The notes under the pieces: model-generated
The model's input: only the letters and a program-made list of their open reading frames with translations
The model's database searches: none
Told to the model about the DNA's origin: nothing
Program-made: the position numbers and the translations under genes
In this document: piece after piece, positions 62,138-64,000 of the stretch
Layout of the letters: each line of letters starts with the position of its first letter
Numbering within the stretch: the stretch's first letter is position 1
IMG/VR virus record: IMGVR_UViG_3300002307_000041
Span: 21,096 to 85,095 of that record
Source of the DNA: a virus
Taxonomy: Duplodnaviria; Caudoviricetes
Length of the DNA: 64,000 bases
Reading direction: 5' to 3' (one strand)

Positions 62138-63076
62138 ATGTCAAAAAACGGTATATCAACACTGTCAACTAAAGAAGCACGTCAGGCAGCTAAACTAGCT
62201 ATAGCTGAAGCTAAACGCCAAGGTAAAACTGTAGCTGGAGACGGAACTGTTACAGGTAGTACGGATTCTACTAAGATATATTATCGTTCGTTAAATGTTT
62301 TAGATATCACCGAACTGCCAACAGTTTATTCTGGTAATACTGTAGTTGACAATGCTAACACTGGAGGACTTGTACAAGGCCGCCCCTGGACCACTACTCC
62401 AACATATAGTTTTGTCACTAGCGGAGCAATGTTATATCTTGATGCTGGCAATGCAGACAGTTACACATCAGGCACAACTTGGACTGACCTAAGCTCTAAT
62501 AACAACGATGCCACACTAGTTGGTAGTCCAGCATTTACCAGTGCTGCTACTTCGAGTTATTTTACACTCATTGCCAATGGCACAAAGTATGCTACTACAT
62601 CATATACAAAATATAGTGGAACCTATACAGGTAAGACTACATTCTTTGTAGCAAGGATGGATGCTGGTATAACAGACGGGTATCACGGAATATTTGGTGT
62701 TGACGTCGGTAACCGAACCTTTAACACCTACATATACAAGACACCCGGACCAAACTATCAGGTACACGGTAGTTTTGGTGGTGTTGGCGGATTGTCGGCT
62801 GCATTAACACTAACAACAAATCAATGGTTCACGTTTGGTGTAACACAAGCTGCCAATGGGGATTATACTTTCTACTTCAACGGACAAGCAGTAGGAGTAA
62901 CCACAGGACAAACATTTACAGATACATACAATTCTAGCACCAATCCACAACTAATCGGTAAATGTGATAACTTCTGGCACGGAGATATTGCTGTAGCAGC
63001 AGTATACAGTCGTGCTTTAAGCGGTGCAGAAATCTTACAGAATCACAATTCCATACTTGGCAGATACGGATTATAA
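62138..63076 (+). CDS. LamG / concanavalin-A-like lectin domain protein (virion decoration-like)
   Basis: LYLDAGN..SY..GTTWTDLS; WFTFGVT...YFNG; GDIAVAAVYSRALS..EI.QN. Confidence 0.8.
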   Translation: MSKNGISTLSTKEARQAAKLAIAEAKRQGKTVAGDGTVTGSTDSTKIYYRSLNVLDITELPTVYSGNTVVDNANTGGLVQGRPWTTTPTYSFVTSGAMLYLDAGNADSYTSGTTWTDLSSNNNDATLVGSPAFTSAATSSYFTLIANGTKYATTSYTKYSGTYTGKTTFFVARMDAGITDGYHGIFGVDVGNRTFNTYIYKTPGPNYQVHGSFGGVGGLSAALTLTTNQWFTFGVTQAANGDYTFYFNGQAVGVTTGQTFTDTYNSSTNPQLIGKCDNFWHGDIAVAAVYSRALSGAEILQNHNSILGRYGL

Positions 63077-63099
63077 AAGATAATTAGGAAATATTTGAA

Positions 63100-63456
63100 A
63101 TGAAAGCTACAGATATCATACGCAACATACTAGATATTATCGATGGTATCGAAGCTGAGAGGGCGCCTATCGAAGCCGAAGTAGTTGAAGTAGAACCAGT
63201 AGCTACTGCTGAAATAACTACTACAGCAGATGATCCAAATCATTTCAAGCAGATAATAGATGTAGTATCTAAAGGTATTGGTGGTAAGTTTGGCAACAGT
63301 CCAAATGAACAGTATTCTACTATAGACGCTGTAACTGTTGACGCAGGCGGTGGTGTCAATGGACCAAAGCATCCACACGATCTACGTGTCAAAGATCCGC
63401 CGGCGCAGCTAGAACACAAGAGCTTTAGAGATTACCTCAATGAACGAGGAATCTAA
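63100..63456 (+). CDS. Conserved phage hypothetical protein
   Basis: MKATDIIRNILD.ID; NSPNEQY; GGGVNGPKHP.DLR. Confidence 0.72.
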   Translation: MKATDIIRNILDIIDGIEAERAPIEAEVVEVEPVATAEITTTADDPNHFKQIIDVVSKGIGGKFGNSPNEQYSTIDAVTVDAGGGVNGPKHPHDLRVKDPPAQLEHKSFRDYLNERGI

Positions 63457-64000
63457 TGACCTATCGAAGAGACAACTTTGATCCAAATCTAAACAATCTG
63501 CATAATGCAATGGAATATAATTCTACTTCAGGAAAACCTCAAGTTAGAGTTAGTATAAGTGAAGGTATCGAAATATCAGGAACTGTTAATATTCCTGGAA
63601 TAATTCAAGTACAAAGCAGTCCTGAAGATCCTGTAGATATCCATATTAGACAAGTAGGAACTAGTGGTATATTAGATGTACCATATCTACCTATACAAGG
63701 ATCTATAACTGGTACAGTTAGTATTGGAAGTAACGGAGTTGTTAGTTTATCTTCCGACACCCTTACTGCACTTGAAAGAGTAACTGTAGATCAAGGGACT
63801 AATCCTTGGATCATAAGTAAAAACTCTACTGCTAATAGTTCAGATAATCCTATCAATGTACAGTTTAATAATAGCACTATAGGAGTAACAGGCTTATTCT
63901 GGCAAGCGACACAACCGGTATCAATAGCAAGCATGCCAAGCACTCCAGTTACAGGAGACTTTTGGCAAGCGACACAACCGGTATCAATAGCAAGCATGCC
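63456..64000 (+). CDS. 3'-truncated structural or fibre-like protein with FWQATQPVSIASMP repeats
   Basis: ATG 63456 (TAATG coupling), frame open to the window end. Confidence 0.72.
   Translation, partial: MTYRRDNFDPNLNNLHNAMEYNSTSGKPQVRVSISEGIEISGTVNIPGIIQVQSSPEDPVDIHIRQVGTSGILDVPYLPIQGSITGTVSIGSNGVVSLSSDTLTALERVTVDQGTNPWIISKNSTANSSDNPINVQFNNSTIGVTGLFWQATQPVSIASMPSTPVTGDFWQATQPVSIASM
63900..64000 (+). repeat. 63-bp-period direct repeat (38 identical bases visible)
   Basis: 63900-63937 is identical to 63963-64000. Confidence 0.9.

Noticed and set aside
1-64000. CRISPR array, integrase/att site, transposase or rRNA
   Set aside because: No regularly spaced repeats with unique spacers and no recombinase, transposase or rRNA signatures seen; repeats found are intragenic tandem duplications
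1-64000. Stop-codon reassignment (alternative genetic code)
   Set aside because: Genes are intact under code 11; TAA, TAG and TGA all terminate recognisable proteins at expected lengths; no suppressor tRNA seen

Overview
This window is a fragment of a large, AT-rich, lytic tailed-phage genome (jumbo myovirus, T4-related, with TAAATA late promoters plus sigma70 early promoters). It is not a cellular chromosome. The host is most likely an alphaproteobacterium of the Rhizobiales/Caulobacterales type: the phage tRNA-His lacks G-1 and has A73, and two outer-membrane beta-barrels carry the 'xDLPSK-PAAPAP' leader. Layout: lysis cassette (GH19 endolysin, i/o-spanins, holin), IF-1 and ClpP (1-7.7 kb); a tRNA region with 24 canonical tRNAs, 2 aberrant tRNA-like RNAs, several unexplained structured ncRNAs, a leader-peptide attenuator, HNH genes, a radical SAM gene and SOD (7.7-19 kb); two porin-like genes and an autotransporter (17.4-21.1 kb); QueD, UvsE, GIY-YIG and IscA (24-27 kb); giant tail/baseplate genes (27-41 kb); DnaE fragment, GroES, MazG-like, clamp loader, PhoH, radical SAM, DnaJ and ClpA (41-52 kb); and a block of probable capsid-packaged multi-domain enzymes (53-64 kb). 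Top leads: an anticodon-less, G3.U70/A73 mini-tmRNA-like RNA (8775-8856); a ribosome-coupled attenuator in front of the tRNA operon; apparently leaderless late mRNAs alongside a phage IF-1; phage-encoded host-type outer-membrane proteins; and protease-cleavable cargo proteins with ligase-like, HxGH nucleotidyltransferase, deaminase and nucleotidase domains. All calls come from reading motifs and base-pairing by eye; no database searches or folding programs were run.
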